IMG/VR virus record: IMGVR_UViG_3300008262_000047
Length of the DNA stretch: 64,000 nucleotides
From: a virus
Direction: 5' to 3' (one strand)
The notes beneath the pieces were generated by a model. That model searched no databases, was not told the DNA's origin, and saw only the letters and a list, made by a program, of their open reading frames with translations. Position numbers and translations under genes: made by a program. Shown in pieces: positions 19,915 to 28,682 of the stretch (the first letter of the stretch is position 1; every line of letters starts with the position of its first letter).

Positions 19915-21365
19915 TAATCTGGGGTATATCTGCCAATAGCCATGATGCTGCCATCTCTGTGGTCCAAGATGGCGAAATCTTGTATGCATCACAATCTGAA
20001 CGATATTCAGGAATAAAAAATGATGCTCATTTAAATCCGGGCATTGTTACAGACGCCAAACGATATGGTGAGCCTGATGTTGTTGTGTGGTATGAGAATC
20101 CTTGGCTGAAAACGTTACGGCAACTTCGTGCAGGACAAGGATGGATCAATAATAGTATTAGAGGGTATCTAAACAAATACAACATCACGGCACCCGTCAC
20201 TACTGTAGGACATCACCATAGTCATGCAGCGGGAGGATATTATACCTCCCCATTTAAAGAAGCGGCTGTATTAGTAATTGATGCCATCGGTGAGTTTGAC
20301 ACCACAACCATTTGGCATGGCACAGATAACAATCTAACAAAGAAATTCTCTGTTAAATATCCACATAGTTTAGGGTTGTGGTATTCAGCCATGACCCAAC
20401 GAATAGGATTAAAACCCAATGAAGAAGAATATATTCTCATGGGCATGGCGGCATATGGGGATCCTTTGAAGTATACTCCAATGATTTTGGAAGATTTCTT
20501 TGATAGCAGAGACATTTTGAAGTTGAATGATAATCTTCATCGAGGATGCATGAACTGGCGCCCTGAATTGAAATCTCAACAAGACTTGTATGATATTGCC
20601 GCGGCAACACAATTTGTCTACGAACTATATTTTCATGATTTAGTAGATAAGGCACAAAAACTCACAGGAAGTAAAAACTTAGTGTTGGGTGGCGGGTGTG
20701 CCTTGAATTGTGTTGCCAATAATATTGCCTTCCAATATTTTGAGAATGTCTGGATTATGCCAAATCCAGGCGATGCAGGAAATAGTCTCGGTGCCATTGC
20801 TGCTCATCAACAAGAATTCTTGAACTGGCGTGGTCCCTATCTTGGATTTGATATGGGTGTGAAATATCCCACGGGACAATTGATTGAAACACTACAGAAA
20901 GATGGCATTGCAGGTGTGGCATTTGGTCGTGCAGAATTTGGTCCTCGTGCTTTAGGACATAGAAGTTTATTGGCTGATCCTCGCGGTGATGACATCAAGG
21001 ATAAGGTGAATGTCATCAAGAAACGACAGAAGTTCCGTCCCTTTGCACCTGCCATTCTTGCCGAACATGCCCATGAGTATTTTCACATGCCTACTATGGA
21101 AAGTCCCTATATGCAATACACGGCATTGTGCAAACATCCTTTACAATTCCCTGCCATTGTACACGCAGATGGGACATCTCGCGTACAAACGGTTTCTCAA
21201 AAGGATTCACCCTACTTTCATAGTTTCTTACAAGAATGGTACAAAGAAACTGGATGCCCGATGATTTTAAATACCAGTTTAAACATTAAAGGTAAACCTA
21301 TGGTGAACAACCGCATTGATGCTATAGAGTTTTCCAAACGATATTCGGTGCCTGTACATACTTGA
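19911..21365 (+). CDS. Carbamoyltransferase (NodU/CmcH/TobZ family)
   Basis: HDAA, HHHSHAA, IDAIGE, GGCALNC, GRAEFGPRALG, FRPFAP, LNTSLN. Confidence 0.95.
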   Translation: MIIWGISANSHDAAISVVQDGEILYASQSERYSGIKNDAHLNPGIVTDAKRYGEPDVVVWYENPWLKTLRQLRAGQGWINNSIRGYLNKYNITAPVTTVGHHHSHAAGGYYTSPFKEAAVLVIDAIGEFDTTTIWHGTDNNLTKKFSVKYPHSLGLWYSAMTQRIGLKPNEEEYILMGMAAYGDPLKYTPMILEDFFDSRDILKLNDNLHRGCMNWRPELKSQQDLYDIAAATQFVYELYFHDLVDKAQKLTGSKNLVLGGGCALNCVANNIAFQYFENVWIMPNPGDAGNSLGAIAAHQQEFLNWRGPYLGFDMGVKYPTGQLIETLQKDGIAGVAFGRAEFGPRALGHRSLLADPRGDDIKDKVNVIKKRQKFRPFAPAILAEHAHEYFHMPTMESPYMQYTALCKHPLQFPAIVHADGTSRVQTVSQKDSPYFHSFLQEWYKETGCPMILNTSLNIKGKPMVNNRIDAIEFSKRYSVPVHT

Positions 21366-21390
21366 CAAACCACAATGAATGATGTATATT
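21362..21390 (+). promoter_or_regulatory. Sigma70-type early promoter
   Basis: TTGACA-17 nt-TATATT upstream of the ligase. Confidence 0.8.
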
Positions 21391-21423
21391 ACATATAGAC
21401 TCTTAAACGAGGATATATCATTC

Positions 21424-22716
21424 ATGGTGAACCAAATCTTTGAGCAACTTGCCGCGACTACCAGCCGCCTAGAAAAAGAAGCCATTCTTAAGGAACACCT
21501 TGCGGACCTAACACTCCGCAAGGTGTTATTTCTTGCTCTTGATCCATATACACAGTTTTACATTCGACGCATCATGCCATATAAGACGGGCGTGAGAAAC
21601 ACCCATATCACACTTACACAAGCATTGGATGAATTGGAAAAGTTTTCTTCTCGGACCTTGACGGGAAATGCAGCATTTCATCATCTTCACTGGATCCTGG
21701 AATCTCTTGATGCCGATGATGCCAAGGTGATTGAACGTGTCATTGAAAAGGATTTGAGGTGTGGGGTGTCTGAGGCTACAGTAAACAAGATTTGGCCTAA
21801 CTTGATTCCCACATATCCTGTCATGTTGGCATCTGGATTTGATGAGAAAATCATGAATAAAATGACCTATCCCGCCTATGTGCAATTGAAGTTGGATGGG
21901 ATGCGATTCAATGCCATCGTGGAAAATGGTAAAGTGGACTTTCGTTCACGAAACGGTAAGCAAATTGATTTGCTTGGAAATCTTGAAGCCGAGTTTCTAC
22001 AATTGGCAGGTGAACTCCCTGTGGTGTTTGATGGTGAATTGGTTGTGAGAGAACGTTCTGGCAATATCATGAACCGTCAGAAAGGTAATGGCATCTTAAA
22101 CAAGGCGGTAAAGGGTACCGTCTCTGAGAACGAAGCTGGTATGGTGGAAGCTGTGGTCTGGGATATCATTCCTTTGGATCATTTCAAGCAAGGTGAGTCC
22201 AAATGTTCCTATGAGTCGCGCTTTCAAATTCTTGAAGCAATGGAGATGCCTGAACGTGTTTCATTGATTGAAAATATTGAAGTCATTTCAGAGGATGAGG
22301 CTCATCATTTGTTCGAGGAATATTTCGCCAAGGGAGAGGAAGGTATCATTCTCAAGGACATCACCAAGGGATGGGAAGATAAGCGCGTAAAGCATCAAGT
22401 GAAGTTCAAGGGTGAGTTGGAATGTGACCTTCGTTGTGTGGATTGGCAAGAAGGTACGGGGAAAAATGTGGGAAGATTGGGGGCACTGGTACTAGAATCT
22501 GCTGACGGCATCATTCAGGTGAATGTTGGGTCAGGATTCACAGATGAACAGCGTGATAAATATACAAAGAGTAATACTGTAGGCAAGATTGTTGCCGTCA
22601 AGTATAACGCACGTATTTGTGACAAAAAGACCAACGTGGAAAGTCTATTTCTACCGGTTTTTCTTGAATTACGTGAGGATAAGAGTGTTGCTGATTCGTC
22701 AACCATTATTAAATGA
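21424..22716 (+). CDS. gp30: ATP-dependent DNA ligase (T4 gp30-like)
   Basis: QLKLDGMR, FDGEL, EGIILK, VGSGF, LFLPVF; start moved because ATG 21379 lies inside the promoter. Confidence 0.93.
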   Translation: MVNQIFEQLAATTSRLEKEAILKEHLADLTLRKVLFLALDPYTQFYIRRIMPYKTGVRNTHITLTQALDELEKFSSRTLTGNAAFHHLHWILESLDADDAKVIERVIEKDLRCGVSEATVNKIWPNLIPTYPVMLASGFDEKIMNKMTYPAYVQLKLDGMRFNAIVENGKVDFRSRNGKQIDLLGNLEAEFLQLAGELPVVFDGELVVRERSGNIMNRQKGNGILNKAVKGTVSENEAGMVEAVVWDIIPLDHFKQGESKCSYESRFQILEAMEMPERVSLIENIEVISEDEAHHLFEEYFAKGEEGIILKDITKGWEDKRVKHQVKFKGELECDLRCVDWQEGTGKNVGRLGALVLESADGIIQVNVGSGFTDEQRDKYTKSNTVGKIVAVKYNARICDKKTNVESLFLPVFLELREDKSVADSSTIIK

Positions 22717-22723
22717 GGTCGTT

Positions 22724-22912
22724 ATGACTAAGCATGAAGAATATACCGAAGCATTAATGGAACAATGTGAACAAAAAATTCATTATATTTTTCTTGATAT
22801 TGAAGATGAGTTAGACAACATTGAACAAGAACTAGAAACCGAAGCATCCAAAATTTTATTGAGTTGGGTACGCGATAGTATCCGGCGTGTTTCAGACAAC
22901 TACAAAGTATAA
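22724..22912 (+). CDS. Small acidic hypothetical protein
   Basis: GAGG RBS then MTKHEEY. Confidence 0.55.
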   Translation: MTKHEEYTEALMEQCEQKIHYIFLDIEDELDNIEQELETEASKILLSWVRDSIRRVSDNYKV

Positions 22913-22915
22913 ATA
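22908..22915 (+). promoter_or_regulatory. T4-type late promoter
   Basis: TATAAATA. Confidence 0.6.
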
Positions 22916-22920
22916 ATTTT

Positions 22921-23187
22921 ATGCCGACATATGAATATCAGTGTGAAAAATGTGAGCATTATTTCACGAAGTATACTAGCATCTCTAACATGAACCTAGC
23001 CGAGGAAGAGCCATGTCCTAATTGTACAGAACTGGCAGTCAAGAAGGTGATGTTTACCGCTCCTTCTATTGGTGACCCCGTGCGTCTACGTATTCGACGC
23101 CCTGATGGTGGATTCAAAGAGGTACTACAAAAAATTCATGAAAAGACCCCAGGTTCACGTATCAATAACAACAGTAGTTTCATTTAA
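22921..23187 (+). CDS. FmdB-family zinc-ribbon protein
   Basis: MPTYEYQCEKC...CPNC; GFKEVLQKI. Confidence 0.85.
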   Translation: MPTYEYQCEKCEHYFTKYTSISNMNLAEEEPCPNCTELAVKKVMFTAPSIGDPVRLRIRRPDGGFKEVLQKIHEKTPGSRINNNSSFI

Positions 23188-23208
23188 ACATCTTTCATTT
23201 CACGGTTT

Positions 23209-23244
23209 AACTCCGGCGGAGCCTGCGCTCTGTCGGAGTTTTTT
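23209..23244 (+). terminator. Long GC hairpin plus U tract upstream of phoH
   Basis: AACTCCGGCGGAGC-ctgc-GCTCTGTCGGAGTT-TTTT. Confidence 0.6.
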
Positions 23245-23268
23245 CACCCCCTACCATGCGAGAACGTC

Positions 23269-24015
23269 ATGTCACGTAAAAAGCGTCTCAAACTTGTTGC
23301 TCCTGAAATCCCCACGTTCAACAAGAATATCTTAACTTCCTCTGACCTCAAAAACATTTACCCTTTAACCCACAATCAAGAAACATTTTTCAATTTGTAT
23401 CGTAAAGGACATTGTGCCATGTTACTACATGGTGTTGCAGGAACAGGTAAAACGTATATCGCCATGTATAATGCATTTCAGGAAATTTTAAGTGAAGATG
23501 CTGAAGTTAAGAAACTTGTGATTGTTCGTTCAGCAGTACCATCAAGAGATATTGGTTTTCTCCCAGGCAATGAAAAAGATAAAGTAGAGGTCTATTCCCA
23601 ACCTTACCAAGAAATATGTGAGGATTTATTTCCAAGATTTGGACCCAAGGCATACACAAAACTAAAGGAACAAAATCTTGTTAATTTCATGGTGACGTCC
23701 TATGTTCGCGGATTGACGTTAGACAACTGTATTGTCATTGTGGATGAAGTTCAAAATCTCAACGACATGGAATTGAATAGCATCATGACTCGCGTTGGAC
23801 AAAACACCAAGATTATTTTCTGCGGAGATTTTCGTCAAACCGATTTGAATAGAAAACATGATGTGTCTGGATTAAGAAAGTTCATGCAAATTGCCAATCA
23901 TATGCAATCATTCCGTCATGTGGAATTCCAAGTGCAAGATATTGTTCGTAGCCAATTGGTGAAAGAATATATCATTGCCAGAATGCAATGCGAGGATTTA
24001 CAACTCGTATCTTGA
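23269..24015 (+). CDS. phoH: PhoH family ATPase
   Basis: GVAGTGKT, IGFLPG, VRGLTL, DEVQN, TRVG, GDFRQTD, DIVRS. Confidence 0.95.
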   Translation: MSRKKRLKLVAPEIPTFNKNILTSSDLKNIYPLTHNQETFFNLYRKGHCAMLLHGVAGTGKTYIAMYNAFQEILSEDAEVKKLVIVRSAVPSRDIGFLPGNEKDKVEVYSQPYQEICEDLFPRFGPKAYTKLKEQNLVNFMVTSYVRGLTLDNCIVIVDEVQNLNDMELNSIMTRVGQNTKIIFCGDFRQTDLNRKHDVSGLRKFMQIANHMQSFRHVEFQVQDIVRSQLVKEYIIARMQCEDLQLVS

Positions 24016-24040
24016 CAAACACAACGTAATAAGATAATTT
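24012..24040 (+). promoter_or_regulatory. Sigma70-type early promoter
   Basis: TTGACA-17 nt-TAATTT. Confidence 0.65.
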
Positions 24041-24046
24041 TATATC

Positions 24047-24724
24047 ATGAAAACATTTATACACAACCCCGTTGAAATTGAAGAAATCTCAGCCACTACT
24101 GGTACTGATGGGAATAGAGTTTATCAAACGCCTGACGGTAAACTCTATCCCTCAGTAACCACAGTGTTATCTCAGCATACCAAAAAAGGTATTATGGAGT
24201 GGAGAGAACGTGTAGGTGCGGATGAAGCCAATAAGATATCTCGGCAAGCCGCCACACGTGGCACCAAGTTTCATACCCTGGCGGAACGATATCTGAAAAA
24301 TGCTCCTCAGGAAAAACTGTTCCCAGATAGTTCATTAAAGTCAGTGCTAGACCAAGAACTGTTTGAGATTGCTAAATCAGAACTGAATAAGATTGACAAC
24401 ATTCGGGCTCAAGAAGTTGCATTATGGTCCCATCACTTACGATTGGCGGGGCGGGTGGATTGCATTGCTGAATATGAAGGAAAACTGAGTGTCATTGACT
24501 TCAAGACAGCTCGCAGAGAAAAAGATGTGGAGCATATTCAACATTACTTCATGCAGGCATCCGCATATGCTGTGATGTTTGAAGAACGTACAGGCATTCC
24601 TGTGAATAGATTGGTGATTGCCATTGCAGTTGAAGATGGATTCATGCAAGTATTTCAAAGTAAACGAGATGCTCATATTGAAGGATTATTATACTATCGT
24701 GATATGTACGAAGTAATGAAGTGA
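24047..24724 (+). CDS. PD-(D/E)xK exonuclease typical of T4-like phages
   Basis: YPSVTTVL, RGTKFH, AGRVDC, IDFKT, QASAY. Confidence 0.85.
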   Translation: MKTFIHNPVEIEEISATTGTDGNRVYQTPDGKLYPSVTTVLSQHTKKGIMEWRERVGADEANKISRQAATRGTKFHTLAERYLKNAPQEKLFPDSSLKSVLDQELFEIAKSELNKIDNIRAQEVALWSHHLRLAGRVDCIAEYEGKLSVIDFKTARREKDVEHIQHYFMQASAYAVMFEERTGIPVNRLVIAIAVEDGFMQVFQSKRDAHIEGLLYYRDMYEVMK

Positions 24725-24726
24725 TG

Positions 24727-24734
24727 TATAAATA
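24727..24734 (+). promoter_or_regulatory. T4-type late promoter for the tmRNA
   Basis: TATAAATA. Confidence 0.75.
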
Positions 24735-24739
24735 GTATT

Positions 24740-25032
24740 GTAGGATGGTAGTAGATTGCTTAAATAGAAACTTTTCTTGGACAGGGGTTCGACTCCCCTC
24801 ACCTCCACTCAGAAGTGCTCAGAAGTATGTTGGTTCGTAGTTTAGGGGGTGCCTGGTTTCGACAGGGGAAGAAGTACAGGAGAGAGCTACCCGAGAGGCG
24901 ACTGCCGCAAGCAGAGCAAAAACAATTAAATGACAACAATTACATGTCATTCGCTACCTCTTACGCCTTAGCTGCGTAAGACACTTTAGCCGGGTTAAGG
25001 GGGTTCCTGGGAACAGAATACCCCCATTCCCC
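24740..25032 (+). ncRNA. ssrA: Circularly permuted (two-piece) tmRNA; ends approximate
   Basis: 3' piece with T-arm AGGGG-TTCGACT-CCCCT and CACCTCC-A (to 24807) precedes 5' piece GGGGGTG...TTCGAC (from 24845); G3.U70; tag frame 24932-24979 DNNYMSFATSYALAA*. Confidence 0.9.
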
Positions 25033-25037
25033 TTTCT

Positions 25038-25616
25038 ATGAATATGATACCTGAAAACACAGAAAAAATACACATATTATTTTCAGGAGGTGCCGATAGC
25101 ACCATTTTGTTGTATTTGTTATGTAAAGAAAAACATGACAAAAATTTATCAGTACCTATAATATGCCATGTGATGCTTAAAAAGCCCAAACATATTGATG
25201 AAATTATTGAGTACATTTCAAATAAATTCTCGCAGAAAATAGATTGTATATTCTGGAGTAGAAAGTTTTTCATTCGTGTATTTGTGGAATCTATACAAAA
25301 AATATATGGGGGCGTGGTGTTTTCTGGCTGTAATAAAGTTTTAACTGAAGAATTTACTCCGTCTTTTTTCATTCTAGGAGACACACCCCCTGTTCGCGGC
25401 CCTGCCTTCAATGAAAATCATATTCGTCCGTTCATTGACATAGATAAGGCAGAAATTATAAAATTCTATATAGATAATAATGAACATGTACTATTAGATA
25501 AAACCATATCGTGTGGGGCATATGATGATGAGACCGGTTCTAAATGTGGGGGACAATGTTACTTTTGTCTTGAAAGAGACTGGGCACTGAAACAACTTAA
25601 TATAAATACTAGATAA
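25038..25616 (+). CDS. Short QueC-like PP-loop protein, second copy
   Basis: FSGGADST, RPFIDIDK, TISC...CGGQCYFCLER. Confidence 0.7.
   Translation: MNMIPENTEKIHILFSGGADSTILLYLLCKEKHDKNLSVPIICHVMLKKPKHIDEIIEYISNKFSQKIDCIFWSRKFFIRVFVESIQKIYGGVVFSGCNKVLTEEFTPSFFILGDTPPVRGPAFNENHIRPFIDIDKAEIIKFYIDNNEHVLLDKTISCGAYDDETGSKCGGQCYFCLERDWALKQLNINTR
25601..25608 (+). promoter_or_regulatory. T4-type late promoter
   Basis: TATAAATA upstream of the S8 protease. Confidence 0.7.
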
Positions 25617-25637
25617 TAACAAAATTTTGGAGATTTT

Positions 25638-27188
25638 ATGCTGAAATATAACGTCATTTACCACTCTGATACAGATGTTTCTGTATTAAAAACAACACTA
25701 TCTGAAATGGGTGTTGTTGTTCACGAAGAATTTTCTGAACTGAAAGTATTAAACATTTCAGCAAATGATACGTCCTTTTCAAGTGTCTCAGGCATTATCG
25801 CCTTTGAGGAAGATGTAGAAATCAGTGTCACTGCCTCCTCAACTCCTTGGCACTTATTAAGATTGTCCACTCCAATGTTGCCCATGAAATCCTCATATGC
25901 TCCTAAGAATTTCGGTGAGCAGGGGGTTGTCTATTTGGTGGATTCAGGTGTAGATAGTAGCCATGAACAATTTTCAAATACAAATATCGTAAATCTCCAT
26001 AGTTATCTTGAAAATGATTTCACCGATACAACAGGCCATGGTACAGCAATGGCAAGTCTAATTGTAGGTAATACATTAGGTGCATCAAAAAATGCCACAT
26101 TGAAGAATGTAAAGATTCCCATGTCAGCTAGTACTACGTTAAGTGTGTTGTTGTCAGCATTCAACAGCATTTTATCAGACCATACATTGACATCGGGTGT
26201 TAAGGTCGTGAATTGTTCATGGACAATACCTAAGAGTCAAATACTTGACACAAAGATTCAAGAACTTCAAAACGCGGGATTAGTTGTTGTGGCAGCAGCA
26301 GGTAATACCGGTGAAGCTGCCGACAATTTCTCTCCCGTTGGTTTAGATACGGTAATAGGTGTGGCTGCTTCAGATGCATATGACCGTGTTATCTCATGGG
26401 CAACAGGTGCCTCAAGTAATTGGGGCCCTGAAGTTGATGTAACAGCACCTGGCATTGATATTGAAGTGGCGTCAATACATACTGAGTCAGGATATGCTAC
26501 CTCATCCGGAACATCATTAGCGAGTGCACTTGTTTCGGGTGTAGTGTGTCAATACATCACAGCAGACCCAACATTAACCGCTGACGAAATTAAATCTCAA
26601 ATTATATTACCACCATATTCTTCAACGGATATATTGTTCCGTAATGAAACCATTTATGGTACAACACCAAATCGTCTAGTACATTGTCTTTTCCTTGATG
26701 CATTAATTGAGAATATTAAAACTCCTGTAATCATCAAGGCTGGGGAAACTTCAACGTTCAATCTACAATTAACACAATATGTAGATGCTGTTAATGTGCA
26801 CAATGTTGCGATAGGAGCAAGACATCATGAAATTCCTTCTTGGGCATCGTTTGATACAGAAACCAATACATTCACATTCAATCCTCCTGCAGACATCACT
26901 ACCAAGCGTATTGTTATCATGTTGGAGATATTTTTCGAAGGTGAACGATTAGGGGTTCCTGGTGTAGACCTTCGCATCTATCACAACGATACCAATGAAG
27001 TTGAAACGGAAGAAAATTATCATTTAGTGTTACGTGGAAATGAGAGCGATGTTGTGTATATCACACCTGCTGCATGCGGAGGGGGCTGTTCCTATTGGAC
27101 ATATTGTAATCCAGCAAGTAGTGGAAAACAACAATGTGTTTGTAGTACCAATTGGGGCGGATACTGTTATACCGGATTGTCCGTCTGA
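25638..27188 (+). CDS. Subtilisin-family (S8) protease with an Ig-like domain and a 6-Cys C-terminal tail
   Basis: VDSGV, GHGT, AAGN, SGTSLA; GGAG RBS. Confidence 0.9.
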   Translation: MLKYNVIYHSDTDVSVLKTTLSEMGVVVHEEFSELKVLNISANDTSFSSVSGIIAFEEDVEISVTASSTPWHLLRLSTPMLPMKSSYAPKNFGEQGVVYLVDSGVDSSHEQFSNTNIVNLHSYLENDFTDTTGHGTAMASLIVGNTLGASKNATLKNVKIPMSASTTLSVLLSAFNSILSDHTLTSGVKVVNCSWTIPKSQILDTKIQELQNAGLVVVAAAGNTGEAADNFSPVGLDTVIGVAASDAYDRVISWATGASSNWGPEVDVTAPGIDIEVASIHTESGYATSSGTSLASALVSGVVCQYITADPTLTADEIKSQIILPPYSSTDILFRNETIYGTTPNRLVHCLFLDALIENIKTPVIIKAGETSTFNLQLTQYVDAVNVHNVAIGARHHEIPSWASFDTETNTFTFNPPADITTKRIVIMLEIFFEGERLGVPGVDLRIYHNDTNEVETEENYHLVLRGNESDVVYITPAACGGGCSYWTYCNPASSGKQQCVCSTNWGGYCYTGLSV

Positions 27189-27204
27189 TATTTTCTTTTA
27201 TATT

Positions 27205-27870
27205 ATGCCTACAAAAATTGTAAGTAGTAAAAATCCTGAGTTGAAATTTTGGTGGATTAAAATACCACGAACAGCAACATATGCATATTCTAGGTTGTTT
27301 GGGTTGTATAATTCTGAATTATTACAGCAACCCAAACATACCCATGAAGCCTACTGGCAGCTAAAAGATATTGAAATGTTACCTGCATTTACTGTTGTGC
27401 GTAATCCTGTGGATAGATTTTTCTCAGTCCTATCTCATTATCTACATTTACAAGAAAGATGTAAACAAGGTAATTGTATATACGAAAGTCCCCCATGTAT
27501 TTGGCATAGCATAAATATTCCAACTGATAGTGAACAGTCATTATATGAATTTTTCAGTGAACATTGCACTAGTAATATCGCAGATGCAAAATCACAAATG
27601 ATATTAAGCGACACTATTTTCAGAACACAGACCTGGTATGCCTACCATCCCAAAGTGAAAATATTTCGTTATGAGAACATCACAGAATTCAATGATTGGT
27701 TATCAATAGCATTAGGATATGATGTTTCACCACTACAGCGTGTTAATGAAACTCAACCAAAATTTCTTCACAATATAGATAAACGTCATCCAGCATTCAT
27801 TAAAACAGCAGAATATCTCTATAACATAGATTTTAAAACCTTTAACTACCCCTTGCAGTACTTGACATAA
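27205..27870 (+). CDS. Sulfotransferase family 2-like protein
   Basis: IKIPRTAT, VRNPVDRFFS, FRYENI, DFKTFNY. Confidence 0.75.
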   Translation: MPTKIVSSKNPELKFWWIKIPRTATYAYSRLFGLYNSELLQQPKHTHEAYWQLKDIEMLPAFTVVRNPVDRFFSVLSHYLHLQERCKQGNCIYESPPCIWHSINIPTDSEQSLYEFFSEHCTSNIADAKSQMILSDTIFRTQTWYAYHPKVKIFRYENITEFNDWLSIALGYDVSPLQRVNETQPKFLHNIDKRHPAFIKTAEYLYNIDFKTFNYPLQYLT

Positions 27871-27890
27871 GGCTGTAAGGGTGTTAAGTT
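27862..27890 (+). promoter_or_regulatory. Sigma70-type early promoter
   Basis: TTGACA-17 nt-TAAGTT. Confidence 0.6.
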
Positions 27891-27913
27891 TAATAGATAC
27901 GAATGGAGGATTA

Positions 27914-28423
27914 ATGACGAAATTCATTAGCATACTAGTAGCATGTGTTCTATTAGCTGTGGTGCCTACCACTCTCTCGCGTGCGCACGTGCCTGTACTA
28001 CCCAAAAAGCCATTCAAGGTTATTTCAGAAAAGGAATTGACTTGTTTGGCAAAGAACATAGCATTTGAAGCTCCTGATGAATCATACGAAGGAAAGTTGG
28101 CAGTAGCCACGGTTACCATGAATCGTGTGAAATCTCGGTCATTCCCTAAGACGGTGTGTGGTGTTGTCTACCAGAGAAATCCTCGGGGATGCCAATTCTC
28201 TTGGACATGCGGTCCACGTGGACGATTGGAAAAAGACATCTATGCTGAGTCACGAAGAATTGCACGAGCAGTATTGACACAGAATCTTCGACTCACTAGT
28301 TTAAAGAATGCCTTGTATTTTCATAATACAAGTGTGAGCCCCAATTGGAGTTTCGCTGAACCCATTAAACAAATAGGAAATCATATATTTTATGCCCCAA
28401 GAAGAAACAACCCAACCACCTGA
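27914..28423 (+). CDS. Cell wall hydrolase (SleB/Hydrolase_2)
   Basis: CLAKNIAFEA, VTMNRV, FPKTVCGVVYQ, CQFSW, IGNHIFY; GGAGG RBS; signal-like N-terminus. Confidence 0.9.
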   Translation: MTKFISILVACVLLAVVPTTLSRAHVPVLPKKPFKVISEKELTCLAKNIAFEAPDESYEGKLAVATVTMNRVKSRSFPKTVCGVVYQRNPRGCQFSWTCGPRGRLEKDIYAESRRIARAVLTQNLRLTSLKNALYFHNTSVSPNWSFAEPIKQIGNHIFYAPRRNNPTT

Positions 28424-28682
28424 GTTAGAGAATGTTGCCCTTACGGTAACCTATCTCATTACTAGAGAATTCACAAATCCCACAGATTTCTCTATGCACA
28501 TTGAAAAAGAAGCAGTGCGTAGAAAGATTGGTTACATGGAAGCCATTGTGGATTATTGTGAAGAAAATGATATTGACACCGGGGCGTTAACTGGGTTGAT
28601 TTCCAATTCTCTGAAAGAAAAAATTCGTGCCGAAGCGGAAGAAATGAATTTGCTCAAGAAAACAAGTAAACTTCCTCTATGA
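28392..28682 (+). CDS. gp33: Late transcription coactivator gp33
   Basis: FSMHIE...YMEAIVDYCEENDID...LKEKIRAEA; synteny with 59 and 32. Confidence 0.85.
   Translation: MPQEETTQPPELENVALTVTYLITREFTNPTDFSMHIEKEAVRRKIGYMEAIVDYCEENDIDTGALTGLISNSLKEKIRAEAEEMNLLKKTSKLPL

Noticed and set aside
24047-24724. Cas4 or a CRISPR-Cas locus
   Set aside because: No four-Cys Fe-S motif, no cas neighbours and no repeat-spacer array seen
24779-24870. tRNA gene(s)
   Set aside because: No anticodon arm; the halves are in reverse order and are followed by a tag frame, which fits a permuted tmRNA
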